64,000 bases of DNA from Xanthobacteraceae bacterium (GCA_030038995.1 JASHQS010000260.1:327-64326), one strand, 5' to 3'; shown: positions 45,336-54,493, counted from the stretch's first letter. A program made the numbers and translations. The notes: generated by a model from the sequence alone, not told the origin.

Positions 45336-46430
45336 GTGTTGAGCGCCATCGCGTCGGTGGCCCGCAAGCGAATCGGATGGAGTTCCTTTACCGGCGTCGT
45401 CAGCCTTTCAATCGTCGCACTTGCGGCGGTCGCGCTGTCCAAGCTGCTGCACGGTATCGACGTTCGAAGCCTTGTTGCTGCTCTGCAAGCCCAGCCGCCC
45501 CACGTCCTGCTCCTGGCGAGCGGGTTTGTCGCGGCGAGCTATTTCATGCTGACGTGCTACGACGTTTTTGCCCTGCGCGCGATCGGGCACGGGGCCATAC
45601 CGTATCGGGCGGCCGCTCTGGCCAGCTTCGCGAGCTACACGATCGGGCACAATCTCGGCGCCACCGTCGTTACCGCGGGCGTCATCCGTTATCGCGTTTA
45701 TGCCTTCTGGGGCTTGCGTATCCGCGACATTACGGCAATCGCCTTCATGACCACTCTCACTTATTGGCTCGGCAACGCGCTGCTGCTCGGTTTCGGCTTG
45801 TCGGCCGCGCCGGACGCGCTCAGCGCGCTGGATCGGTTGCCGACGCTGGGTAATCGCTTGATCGGATTGGCGCTGCTGATCGGTCTTGCCGGCTACTTTC
45901 TCTGGCTTCGCGCCGGGCCACGCCGCATCGGCAGATCGAACTGGCAAATCGTCCTCCCCGGTCCGCAGTCGATGCTCGCGCAAATTTCGATCGCGAGTCT
46001 CGACCTCGTGTTCGTGGCGCTGGCGATGTATGTGCTGCTGCCGGCGCAACCAGCGCTCGATTTCCTGCATTTGCTGACGATTTTTGCCACCGCCGTGCTG
46101 ATCGGCGTCGTCAGCCACGCGCCGGGTAGTCTCGGCGTGATGGAAGCCGCAATGTTCCTCGGCCTGCCCCAATTCAAAAAGGAGGAATTATTGGCTTGCC
46201 TCCTGATCTTTCGCCTCCTTTACTTTGTTCTGCCGTTTGCCGTCGCGGTGCTTTTGCTGGGCCTGCGTGAATTTGGCAAAGTTTTCGGCGGAATTCGCCT
46301 GAGAAAGCGGTTTGTTGTCGGCGCTTCGTTTCCTGCCGAGGGCATGGGGCGGCCGCCGGGTGAAAAACGCCCGCGGCTTGGCTCGAGCGCGTGCCGATCG
46401 CGCACGGCGCGGCCACGGGAGAGCACATGA
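45336..46430 (+). CDS. YbhN/UPF0104 (lysyl-PG synthase TM-region-like, flippase-like) membrane protein
   Basis: ...LLLASGFVAASYFMLTCYDVFALRAIG...YTIGHNLGATVVTAGVIRYRVY pattern. The start is uncertain: GTG 45336 with a GGAGGG SD is preferred, ATG 45183 is the alternative. Confidence 0.7.
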   Translation: MLSAIASVARKRIGWSSFTGVVSLSIVALAAVALSKLLHGIDVRSLVAALQAQPPHVLLLASGFVAASYFMLTCYDVFALRAIGHGAIPYRAAALASFASYTIGHNLGATVVTAGVIRYRVYAFWGLRIRDITAIAFMTTLTYWLGNALLLGFGLSAAPDALSALDRLPTLGNRLIGLALLIGLAGYFLWLRAGPRRIGRSNWQIVLPGPQSMLAQISIASLDLVFVALAMYVLLPAQPALDFLHLLTIFATAVLIGVVSHAPGSLGVMEAAMFLGLPQFKKEELLACLLIFRLLYFVLPFAVAVLLLGLREFGKVFGGIRLRKRFVVGASFPAEGMGRPPGEKRPRLGSSACRSRTARPREST

Positions 46431-46780
46431 AGAGACTTTATACGGCGGCCGTTAATTCGCTGCGCGGCATCCGCTGCGGCTTGCGCCGCGAAGCTGCCCT
46501 GCGTGAAGAGCTGATCGCCCTTGCCGCCGCCGTGCCGCTCGCTGTTCCGATGGCGCCTACCTGGACCTGGTATGTCGCCATGATCGCAGCCCTGCTCGCG
46601 GTTCTCAGCGTCGAGATGCTGAATACGGCGATAGAGAAGCTCGCCGACCATACCACCGAAGGCCGGCATCCCGAGATCGGCATCATCAAGGATTATGGCT
46701 CGGCAGCGGTTTTCTTCATGCTGTGCGTGGCCGTCTTGATATGGATTGCGGCGGTTATCTTGCGTCTTGGGCGGTTTTGA
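46427..46780 (+). CDS. dgkA: diacylglycerol kinase (DgkA)
   Basis: SVEMLNTAIEKLADH motif and three TM helices. ATGA overlap with the upstream gene. Confidence 0.85.
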   Translation: MKRLYTAAVNSLRGIRCGLRREAALREELIALAAAVPLAVPMAPTWTWYVAMIAALLAVLSVEMLNTAIEKLADHTTEGRHPEIGIIKDYGSAAVFFMLCVAVLIWIAAVILRLGRF

Positions 46781-46820
46781 CGGCTGCGGCCGTTAACCAA
46801 ATACCGCGCGTTAATCGATC

Positions 46821-46838
46821 GTGTCATGGTGCTGCAAT
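46821..46838 (+). promoter_or_regulatory. Pho-box-like direct repeat GTGTCAT-GGTG-CTGCAAT
   Basis: 6/7 and 5/7 matches to CTGTCAT with 11-bp periodicity, 47 bp upstream of the phosphoesterase start. Confidence 0.3.
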
Positions 46839-46884
46839 GGAAGGCAATTACGCAGCTTGCGGGTCAACATCGCAGGCGTGATTC

Positions 46885-47706
46885 GTGGAATTTGAGCACG
46901 GCACGATCGCCTTCCGCGCGCTGTTCATTTCCGACGTTCACCTCGGCGCGCGTGGTTGCCAGGCCGGCCGCCTGCTCGACTTCCTGCGCTATCACGACGC
47001 CCACACCATTTATCTGGTGGGCGACATCGTCGACGGCTGGCAGCTACGCTCCGGCTGGTACTGGCCGCAGCATCATAACGACGTGGTGCAGAAGCTGCTC
47101 CGCAAGGCACGCAAAGGCACCCGCGTCGTCTATCTTCCCGGCAATCACGACGAGTTCCTACGCGACTATTATGGTACCCACTTCGGCGGCATCGAAGTGA
47201 TGGAGACGGCCATTCATCAGTCCGCGGACGGCCGCCGCTATCTGATCGTGCACGGCGACATGTTTGATCTCGTGATCAAGCACGCGCGGTGGCTGGCGCT
47301 GCTCGGCGACACGGCCTACGATTTCGCGCTCCTTGTCAATCGCTACCTCAACGCGATACGCCGGCGGCTGGGATTTTCCTATTGGTCGTTGTCGCAATGG
47401 GCCAAGCACAAGGTCAAGAACGCGGTGAATTACATCGGCGCGTTCGAACAGACGCTTGCCGCCGAGGCGCAGCGCCGCCAGGTCGACGGCGTGATCTGCG
47501 GCCACATCCATCATGCGGTGATCCACGATCGCTTCGGCATCCGCTACATCAATTGCGGCGATTGGGTCGAAAGCTGCACCGCGGTCGCCGAGCACGCGGA
47601 CGGGCGCTTCGAGATCATCACTTGGACCGATGAGCAAGACGTTGCCAACCCGCCGGATCGGGCCCGCGGCCCGGCGCTCAAGCAGGAAACCGGCATGGCG
47701 GCTTGA
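46885..47706 (+). CDS. calcineurin-like metallophosphoesterase, LpxH/PlcP-like (UDP-2,3-diacylglucosamine diphosphatase family; candidate phospholipase C PlcP)
   Basis: FISDVHLG, VGDIVDG, GNHDEF, VHGD and GHIHH motifs in canonical order. GTG start. Confidence 0.75.
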   Translation: MEFEHGTIAFRALFISDVHLGARGCQAGRLLDFLRYHDAHTIYLVGDIVDGWQLRSGWYWPQHHNDVVQKLLRKARKGTRVVYLPGNHDEFLRDYYGTHFGGIEVMETAIHQSADGRRYLIVHGDMFDLVIKHARWLALLGDTAYDFALLVNRYLNAIRRRLGFSYWSLSQWAKHKVKNAVNYIGAFEQTLAAEAQRRQVDGVICGHIHHAVIHDRFGIRYINCGDWVESCTAVAEHADGRFEIITWTDEQDVANPPDRARGPALKQETGMAA

Positions 47707-47740
47707 GCGCGCGGCGAAGCTGGGCAAGTTCTCCACGGCA

Positions 47741-48013
47741 TCAACCGTGGCGGATCTTAAGCGCCAAAATCGCTGTCGTTATCGCCAGCGTCGCGCCGCT
47801 TGAACCGATCAGCGGAGCGTCCGCGATGGCCAGGCCGTAGACGAGCCAGAGCAGAACGCCGGCAACGCCAAGTAACGTACCCGACAGTGAAATGGCGCGC
47901 GCTTCGCGATCGCGAACGATTTTCAGCGCTTGCGGCACCCAGCACAGCGTCGTCATGACGGCGGCGCTTGTGCCGATGGCATCGACCAGTGCCGGAGGAA
48001 TCGGTTCGAGCAT
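47741..48013 (-). CDS. SemiSWEET (PQ-loop) sugar transporter
   Basis: 90 aa, 3 TM. ...TTLCWVPQALKIVRDREARAISL...LWLVYGL..ADAPLI is very similar to the Bradyrhizobium SemiSWEET as I recall it. Start at ATG 48013. Confidence 0.85.
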   Translation of the reverse strand: MLEPIPPALVDAIGTSAAVMTTLCWVPQALKIVRDREARAISLSGTLLGVAGVLLWLVYGLAIADAPLIGSSGATLAITTAILALKIRHG

Positions 48014-48202
48014 GTCCTCTGCATCGCCGAATCGATGGGATTGGGGCGTTATCGGCCTGCTCCGTGTGGCTGTCATGACAACGGACAATCGCCGGGCGCA
48101 CATGTGCATTGAGCGGACATCGGCGCCGCCGTCATCAGGCGGTCATCAATAAAGCCTAGAATCATCAATGCGTTGCGACAGACGCCGGAAAACGTAGCAA
48201 TC

Positions 48203-48937
48203 ATGATCGTGTCCGACCACACCACCAAGGTATTCGACGCCGACTTGGTCAAGCTCACGCAAAAAGTTGCCGAAATGGGCGGTTGCGCCCAGAAGCAAGT
48301 CATCGACGCCATGGACGCGCTCACGCGGCGCGACACGGTTCTCGCCCGGCAGGTTATTGCCGCGGATGCGACGATCGACGAGTTCCAGCGGCAGATCGAG
48401 CAACGCGCCGTCGAGACGATTGCGTTGCGCCAACCGATGGCCGTCGACTTGCGTTCGCTGGTGGCGATCCTGCGCATCGCCAACGACCTCGAGCGGATCG
48501 GTGATTTGGCAAAGAACATCGGCAAGCGCGCGATTGCCACGGGCAACGAACATCCGGCGCGGACCCTGGCGCAGGGCTTGCGCCGCATGACGACGCTTGC
48601 CGTCGCCCAGTTGAGCGCGGTACTCGACAGCTTCGTCGGCCGGAGCGTTTTGCTGGCGCTCAGGGTTTGGGAAGACGACAAGGATATCGACGCGCTTTAC
48701 GTGTCGCTGTTCCGCGAATTGCTCACCTATACGATGGAGGATCCGGGTTCGATCTCGATGTGCATTCATCTTTTGTTTTGCGCCAAGAACATCGAGCGAA
48801 TCGGCGATCACACGACCAATATCGCCGAGGCGGTTCACTACATGGTCGAAGGCCACGCGATTGCCGGCGAGCGGCCGAAGAGTGACGCAGTCAGCTTTGC
48901 CGGCGAAACACGCAGAAGCCTTGTCGTTACAGCGTAG
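48203..48937 (+). CDS. phoU: phosphate signalling complex protein PhoU (no pst genes adjacent)
   Basis: Duplicated ...ANDLERIGDLAKNI... / ...AKNIERIGDHTTNIAE motifs. Start at ATG 48203. Confidence 0.85.
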   Translation: MIVSDHTTKVFDADLVKLTQKVAEMGGCAQKQVIDAMDALTRRDTVLARQVIAADATIDEFQRQIEQRAVETIALRQPMAVDLRSLVAILRIANDLERIGDLAKNIGKRAIATGNEHPARTLAQGLRRMTTLAVAQLSAVLDSFVGRSVLLALRVWEDDKDIDALYVSLFRELLTYTMEDPGSISMCIHLLFCAKNIERIGDHTTNIAEAVHYMVEGHAIAGERPKSDAVSFAGETRRSLVVTA

Positions 48938-48949
48938 TCATGGGCGTTG

Positions 48950-49810
48950 TCACGGCATCCGCAGCAGCGGCTGGCCGACGCGAATCACCGCGCCATTTTC
49001 GACATTGTCGCAGAGCGAGAAGCGGCCGGGCGCGAACACGATGATGGTCGAGCCGTGCTCGAACCAGCCCAATTCGTCCCCCTTGCGGAATTCGACATTG
49101 CAGGAAGCGGCCTTGCCGCCGTCGTGCTTGAGGCGTTGAAGGTCGATGAAATTCAGCCGAATGCCGGAAACCAGGATGGCCCCGACCGGCACGAGACTGA
49201 CCACATCCGCGGTCGTAAGCCTTGCGTGCAGCACGGCGCGCTCGTTCTTGCAATAGAGCTTGTCGACGCGACGCAGCGCGGCAGGATTGACGTTCCAGGC
49301 GTCGCCCGCAATGTAGCCGACGCGCTCGACGCGGCAGTCGTGGGGGGCGTGAAAGCGGTGGTACATGGCCGACGTCAGGCGCAGCGTCACATAGCAGCCG
49401 TCGCGGTGCGCTTCGACGAGGTTTTGATCGCAAAGGAGTTCCGTCAGCGAGTATCTTCTGCCCTTGATCTGATAGAGCTCGGTCGCGCAAATCCGCCCGT
49501 GCGCGCCGACGATGGCATCGCATGGACTGACCAGAATGTTCGGCGCGGCGTCGATCGGCCGCGCTCCCGGCTTCAACCGGCGCGTGAAGCAATCATGCAT
49601 GCTGCGGAATTCGGCGCTGGCGGCGTCGCTCAAATCCAGGTCGGAGAAATAACGCCATAAACCGATCGATGCGTCGCGGACCAAAGGCTGCTCGATGCGG
49701 CTGAACCAACCGACGAGCCGGCTCAATGACCGGCGCGGCAGCCGGTTGGTGACGAAGAAGTTGATGGCGTCCCGCTGCAAAATCCGCAACAGGCGGCTGT
49801 TGACCGTCAT
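48950..49810 (-). CDS. psd: phosphatidylserine decarboxylase family protein (short, archaetidylserine-decarboxylase-like form)
   Basis: FEHGSTII self-cleavage motif (GST) and YHRFHAP motif. Start at ATG 49810. Confidence 0.85.
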   Translation of the reverse strand: MTVNSRLLRILQRDAINFFVTNRLPRRSLSRLVGWFSRIEQPLVRDASIGLWRYFSDLDLSDAASAEFRSMHDCFTRRLKPGARPIDAAPNILVSPCDAIVGAHGRICATELYQIKGRRYSLTELLCDQNLVEAHRDGCYVTLRLTSAMYHRFHAPHDCRVERVGYIAGDAWNVNPAALRRVDKLYCKNERAVLHARLTTADVVSLVPVGAILVSGIRLNFIDLQRLKHDGGKAASCNVEFRKGDELGWFEHGSTIIVFAPGRFSLCDNVENGAVIRVGQPLLRMP

Positions 49811-49845
49811 GGGAGCGTAAACTCTCCGCGCTATAGCCTGATTCG

Positions 49846-51534
49846 ATGGATTGGCATGGCCTGGCCTTGGCCACTTGCGGCGTCGGCGCGGCCGTTCTGG
49901 CGGCGTCGCTGGCGGCGGTGAAACGCGGCGCGTGGCCCGGCAGCGGCAAGCCTCCGCCGCTCGCCGTGCACACCCGCCTGGCGCAGCGCATCGCCTCGTC
50001 GGTGCGCTTTTACGAATATGACGAAGGCCGCTTCTTTTGCGCCGACGGCGCACCGCCCGAGGTCGCCGCGCGCCGCCGCGCCGGCTTCATGCGGCTTGCC
50101 GCGCTTTATCGGATGCGTTTCGCCAAGACTGCCGCGCTCGGCGCCGCGGCGGAGAGCGGTATTTCCGATTTGCAGTTCACCGCAGCCTATCGCGTGCCGT
50201 TTCAGTTCAGCCGCTTCGTGCGGCGCCATCTCCGCGTCGGAGCTTTCCTGCAATCGTCCGCAGGCGTCACCGTGGAGGATATCGACGGCAATCGCTTTTA
50301 CGATTTGAGCGGCTCCTACGGCGTCAACCTCCTCGGCTACGATTTCTACAAGGCGGCGATCGCGCGCGCGGTCGAGCGGGTGCAGGCGCTTGGTCCGGTG
50401 CTCGGCGCGTACCACCCGATCGTCGCCGACAACGTGCGGCGGCTGCAGCAGATTTCCGGGCTCGACGAGGTGTCGTTCCACATGTCCGGAACCGAGGCGG
50501 TGATGCAGGCGGTGCGGCTTGCGCGCTATCACACCAGGCGGCGCACCCTCGTGCGCTTCGCCGGCGCTTATCACGGCTGGTGGGGCGACGTGCAGCCCGG
50601 CATCGGCAACCCGCTGCCGGCGCACGATACGCTCACATTGCGCGACTTTTCCGCAAAGACGCTGCGTGCCCTGAGGCGGCGGCGCGACATTGCTTGCGTT
50701 CTGGTCAATCCGCTGCAGGCGCTGCATCCCAATGCGAATCCGCCGACTGATTCGGCGCTGCTCGACAGCGCGCGCAGGGCGGATTTCGACAGAGCGGCCT
50801 ACGCCGAGTGGCTGCGGCTTTTGCGCGCTGCGTGCACCGAACGAGGCATCGTGCTGATTTTCGACGAAGTGTTTGTCGGGTTCCGGCTGGCGCTCGGCGG
50901 CGCCCAGGAATATTTCGGGGTCGCCGCCGACCTCGTCACCTACGGCAAGACCGTCGCCGGCGGCTTGCCGATCGGCGTGCTCTGCGGGCGCAAGGAGTTG
51001 ATGAAGCGCTTCCGCGACGATCGGCCGGCTGACATCTGCTTTGCCCGCGGCACGTTCAACTCGCACCCCTACGTCATGGCGGCGATGAACGAATTTCTCC
51101 GCACCGCCGACATGCCGCGCGGCGACCAGCCCTACGCCGATCTCGACGCGGTCTGGAACCACAGGGCGTCGCGGCTCAACGCACGGCTCGAAGATGCGGA
51201 CTTGCCGGTGCGGGTTGCGAACATGTCCACGATTTGGATGGTCTGCTATACGCAGCCAAGCCGATACAATTGGATGCTGCAATATTACTTGCGCGCCCAC
51301 GAACTGGCGCTGAGCTGGATCGGCACCGGCAGGCTCATTTTCAGCCTCGATTATACCGATGCCGACTTCGCCGCGGTGAGCGATCGATTTGTCGCTGCCG
51401 CCAAGGCCATGAACGAAGACGGCTGGTGGTGGCGTGACCCGGCGACGACCAACGGCTCGATCAAACGTGCGATCTTCAAAGAGATGCTCGCGCATCGCTT
51501 GCTGCCCGATCACCGCAAAGGCAAAGCCGCGTGA
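49846..51534 (+). CDS. class III (GSA-aminomutase-like) PLP-dependent aminotransferase with an N-terminal extension of about 140 aa
   Basis: GNRFYDLSGSYGVNLLGY, SFHMSGTEAVMQAVRLAR, IFDEVFVGFR and TYGKTVAGGLP (PLP-Lys) motifs. The N-terminus has one hydrophobic helix. Confidence 0.8.
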   Translation: MDWHGLALATCGVGAAVLAASLAAVKRGAWPGSGKPPPLAVHTRLAQRIASSVRFYEYDEGRFFCADGAPPEVAARRRAGFMRLAALYRMRFAKTAALGAAAESGISDLQFTAAYRVPFQFSRFVRRHLRVGAFLQSSAGVTVEDIDGNRFYDLSGSYGVNLLGYDFYKAAIARAVERVQALGPVLGAYHPIVADNVRRLQQISGLDEVSFHMSGTEAVMQAVRLARYHTRRRTLVRFAGAYHGWWGDVQPGIGNPLPAHDTLTLRDFSAKTLRALRRRRDIACVLVNPLQALHPNANPPTDSALLDSARRADFDRAAYAEWLRLLRAACTERGIVLIFDEVFVGFRLALGGAQEYFGVAADLVTYGKTVAGGLPIGVLCGRKELMKRFRDDRPADICFARGTFNSHPYVMAAMNEFLRTADMPRGDQPYADLDAVWNHRASRLNARLEDADLPVRVANMSTIWMVCYTQPSRYNWMLQYYLRAHELALSWIGTGRLIFSLDYTDADFAAVSDRFVAAAKAMNEDGWWWRDPATTNGSIKRAIFKEMLAHRLLPDHRKGKAA

Positions 51535-51541
51535 GCAACTC

Positions 51542-52183
51542 TCAGCTCGTCCGCGGCGATTCCTCGGCCGTCTCCTCATCCCATTCGCTGCCGATCGCGG
51601 GATCGATCAGCTCGCCGCGCAGCAGCGCCAGCGGCGCCTTGCGGTAGAGCTTGATGTCATGGAACGGATCGGTGAGGATCTTGGTCGCCCAGACCAGCCC
51701 GGTCTGCACGTCCTTGATGAGAAACAGTTGGACGGTGCGGAACAATACGCCGCCGACGCCGAGGCCCAGCCAGATCATGGCGACCTGACGGACCAGCTCC
51801 ATTTTGCCGCTGGCCGGCGAAAACAGGCCGAAGAACGTCGGCTTGAAATAAAGCGCCAGCGGCGACAGCGCCCAGATCGTCAACAACACGACCTTGCGCT
51901 GCAGATTGTAGCCGACTTTGATCGCTTCCTTGTATTCGTGGCTGGCTTGGTTGACCTCGTCATAACCCTTTGGCTCGAAAAAGAAATGGCCGGTCTGCCG
52001 CGTCGTCATCGCCAGCAGCCAGCCGGCCAGGGCCGAGACGGCGGGATCCTTGAACAGCATGACGTAAGAAAACAGGAAGCTCAGCGCGCTGACGAAATGC
52101 AGCGATTGATTGATCCTGCTGTGATGATAGTAGCGATGATCGTCCCAACGCTGGATGCGCAGCGTCTCGAGAAAACCGGCCAT
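51542..52183 (-). CDS. Mpo1/DUF962-like membrane protein
   Basis: YYHHSRINQSLHFVSALSF (YH..N...H pattern) and about 4 TM helices. ATG 52183 lies 5 nt after GGAGGA. Confidence 0.45.
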   Translation of the reverse strand: MAGFLETLRIQRWDDHRYYHHSRINQSLHFVSALSFLFSYVMLFKDPAVSALAGWLLAMTTRQTGHFFFEPKGYDEVNQASHEYKEAIKVGYNLQRKVVLLTIWALSPLALYFKPTFFGLFSPASGKMELVRQVAMIWLGLGVGGVLFRTVQLFLIKDVQTGLVWATKILTDPFHDIKLYRKAPLALLRGELIDPAIGSEWDEETAEESPRTS

Positions 52184-52326
52184 ATGTGTCCTCCACGTCA
52201 AGCTCGTCGGGCAACGCTATGGCGATTCGATGAATCCAGCGTGACAATCCTGAACCGGGACGATTCCGGCCGCGAAGAGGCGAAAGGAAAACGTGGGCGT
52301 CGCGGCGGCCGCGTTGAGAACTGGGC

Positions 52327-53028
52327 TTACGCAGCGGCGCGCGCCGGCGCAGTTGCAGCGTGCCCGTTCCGCGCCCCCTCGCCCTTGGTGAAACGGATCA
52401 GCGAGAAATGGCCGAACGGCGGCATGGCGCGGCGCTCGATCAGCCGCACGCCGTGAGTGCTTTTCGCCCAATGGGCATAGCGTTGGAACGAAAACTCGGT
52501 GCGCCAGCCGAGCTTGCGCGCCGCCGGCGCAAACCACTTCTCCAGCGCCCGCCGCAATCCGGCCTCGGCGCCGACGCGGCTCACCAGGATGATCTCGCCG
52601 CCGGGCCGCAACACGCGGGCGAATTCGTCGAGCGTGGCCTCGGGATTTGGCACGGTGGTGACGACATACTGCGCCACGACGACGTCGAACGAGGCGTCGG
52701 CAAAATCCAGGTGCTCGGCATCCATGACCAGGAGCGCCTCGACGTTGTCGAGACCATATTCGCTCACCCGCTGCTGTGCCTTGCGCAGCATCGGTTCGGA
52801 AATGTCGACCCCGCAGATGCGCACGGCGCATGAATAATACGGCAGCGACAGCCCGGTCCCGACCCCCACTTCAAGGACCCGGCCGCCGACACGCTCCGCG
52901 GCCGCGATCGCGGCATGGCGTCCTTGTTCGAACACGGCGCCGAAGACGAGGTCGTAAAGCGGCGCCCAGCGCGCGTAAGCCTTGGTGATCGTCTCCTTGT
53001 CGAGTTCGGCGCGCTGCGCATCGGTCAT
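52327..53028 (-). CDS. class I SAM-dependent methyltransferase, Rhodobacter PmtA-like (candidate phospholipid N-methyltransferase)
   Basis: YARWAPLYDLVFG..., VLEVGVGTGLSL SAM motif, RVLRPGGEIILV. The ATG overlaps the GT4 stop (ATGA). Confidence 0.7.
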   Translation of the reverse strand: MTDAQRAELDKETITKAYARWAPLYDLVFGAVFEQGRHAAIAAAERVGGRVLEVGVGTGLSLPYYSCAVRICGVDISEPMLRKAQQRVSEYGLDNVEALLVMDAEHLDFADASFDVVVAQYVVTTVPNPEATLDEFARVLRPGGEIILVSRVGAEAGLRRALEKWFAPAARKLGWRTEFSFQRYAHWAKSTHGVRLIERRAMPPFGHFSLIRFTKGEGARNGHAATAPARAAA

Positions 53029-54113
53029 GGGTGTCCTCTCGTTCTGTGGAATGTGTTGATGGAGCCGAGCGCCCGGCCGGGCAGCTCGGCCGCATTGGCA
53101 ACGCCGACATCGGCGGTGGCGACCTTGCGCAGGTGCCCGATGAATTGCCTCGCGCTGTTCTCCCATGAGTATTGCAGTGCAAAGGCTCGGCATGCCTCGC
53201 GTGAGACTTTCAGCGCTGCAAGACACGCAGCGCGCAAATCTTCGTTCAGCACGCCGACCGGATGAGCGCCGATGACGTCCTGCGGACCGGTGACCGGAAA
53301 CGCCGCAATCGGCACGCCGCTCGCCAGCGCCTCGAGTTGCACGATGCCGAACGTGTCGGTGCGGCTCGGAAAGACGAACACGTCGGCTGCCGCCAAGTGA
53401 CCGGCCAAGGTGCCGTTTTCCAGTTGGCCGAGAAATTTTGCATCCGGAAAGCGGGCCTTGAGCTCCGCCTCCATCGGTCCCTTGCCGATCACGATCTTGG
53501 TGCCGGGAAGGTCGAGCGCCAGAAAGGCCTCGAGATTCTTTTCCACGGCGACGCGGCCTACGCAGATGAAGATCGGCCGCGGCAAGTCCATGGCGATGGC
53601 GCGATCCGGCCTGAACAGCTCGGTGTCGACCCCGCGCGTCCACATTCCGAGATTATTGAAACCGCGCTCGCCCAGTTCGTTCATCAAGGACGGCGTGGCG
53701 ACCATCGTGACGGCCGCGGCGGCGTGAAAACGCCGCAGCGCCGCATAGATCCAGCGCTCCGGTACCGGCACGCGAGCGGCAATGTATTCGGGAAATCGCG
53801 TCGTGTAGCTTGTCGTGAACGGACGGTCATGGCGGCGGCAATAGGCGCGCACGGCATGGCCGATCGGCCCTTCGGTGGCGACGTGGATGGCGTCGGGCCG
53901 GGCTTCTTCTATGCAGCGGGCGATCCGGCTTCGGCGGGGGACGGCCAAACGCAGGCCCGGATAGGTCGGCACCGGAACGGTACGAAAGCCTTCCGGCGAC
54001 AGGAATTCGACCGCGACGCCGAGGCCGCGCGCAGCGCGCTGCAGCGCCAGCAATGTTCGCAGGACCCCATTGACCTGCGGGTACCAGGCATCGGTTGCGA
54101 TGAGGACGCGCAT
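53025..54113 (-). CDS. GT4 family glycosyltransferase (Agt/SQD2-like; candidate glycolipid synthase)
   Basis: MRVLIATDAWYPQVNGVLRT N-terminus and C-terminal FVFPSRTDTFGIVQLEALASGVP (E-x7-E region). Confidence 0.8.
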   Translation of the reverse strand: MRVLIATDAWYPQVNGVLRTLLALQRAARGLGVAVEFLSPEGFRTVPVPTYPGLRLAVPRRSRIARCIEEARPDAIHVATEGPIGHAVRAYCRRHDRPFTTSYTTRFPEYIAARVPVPERWIYAALRRFHAAAAVTMVATPSLMNELGERGFNNLGMWTRGVDTELFRPDRAIAMDLPRPIFICVGRVAVEKNLEAFLALDLPGTKIVIGKGPMEAELKARFPDAKFLGQLENGTLAGHLAAADVFVFPSRTDTFGIVQLEALASGVPIAAFPVTGPQDVIGAHPVGVLNEDLRAACLAALKVSREACRAFALQYSWENSARQFIGHLRKVATADVGVANAAELPGRALGSINTFHRTRGHP

Positions 54114-54165
54114 CTATCAGCTCCGGAAAACATTCCGGTCCCCGGTCCGAATCGTGTGCACCACC

Positions 54166-54194
54166 ATTGTGAATTCATGTCTCAATTGTGTGAC
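54166..54194 (-). promoter_or_regulatory. Pho-box-like phased repeats (minus-strand reading GCGTCAC-ACAA-TTGAGAC-ATGA-ATTCACA)
   Basis: 11-bp phased (G/T)xCAC-like cores 55-80 bp upstream of the GT4 start. Weak. Confidence 0.2.
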
Positions 54195-54493
54195 GCTGTT
54201 TGCGGTGAACGGCGAAATTCATTCAGGGCGATAAGCCGCGTCGCAAGGCCGACCAAGATGGGCATCGCGCATGAGCCTGATGCAGCAGATCGGCTATTGC
54301 GGTCCTGAGGTAGCCGGTCCGCGACCAAGAGATTTTTTGCCCATGGCGGGTTGCGGCAGAGTGAGCGGCCGCCCGGCAGCGCTACGCCGGATCCCTATGG
54401 GCCCGACCTCAACGTGCCACATTGCGGCCTCATTATTTCCCAGCGCAAGTATTAGATTTCAGCCTGCTTTTCGGGGAATCGCGGTCGGGGGGA

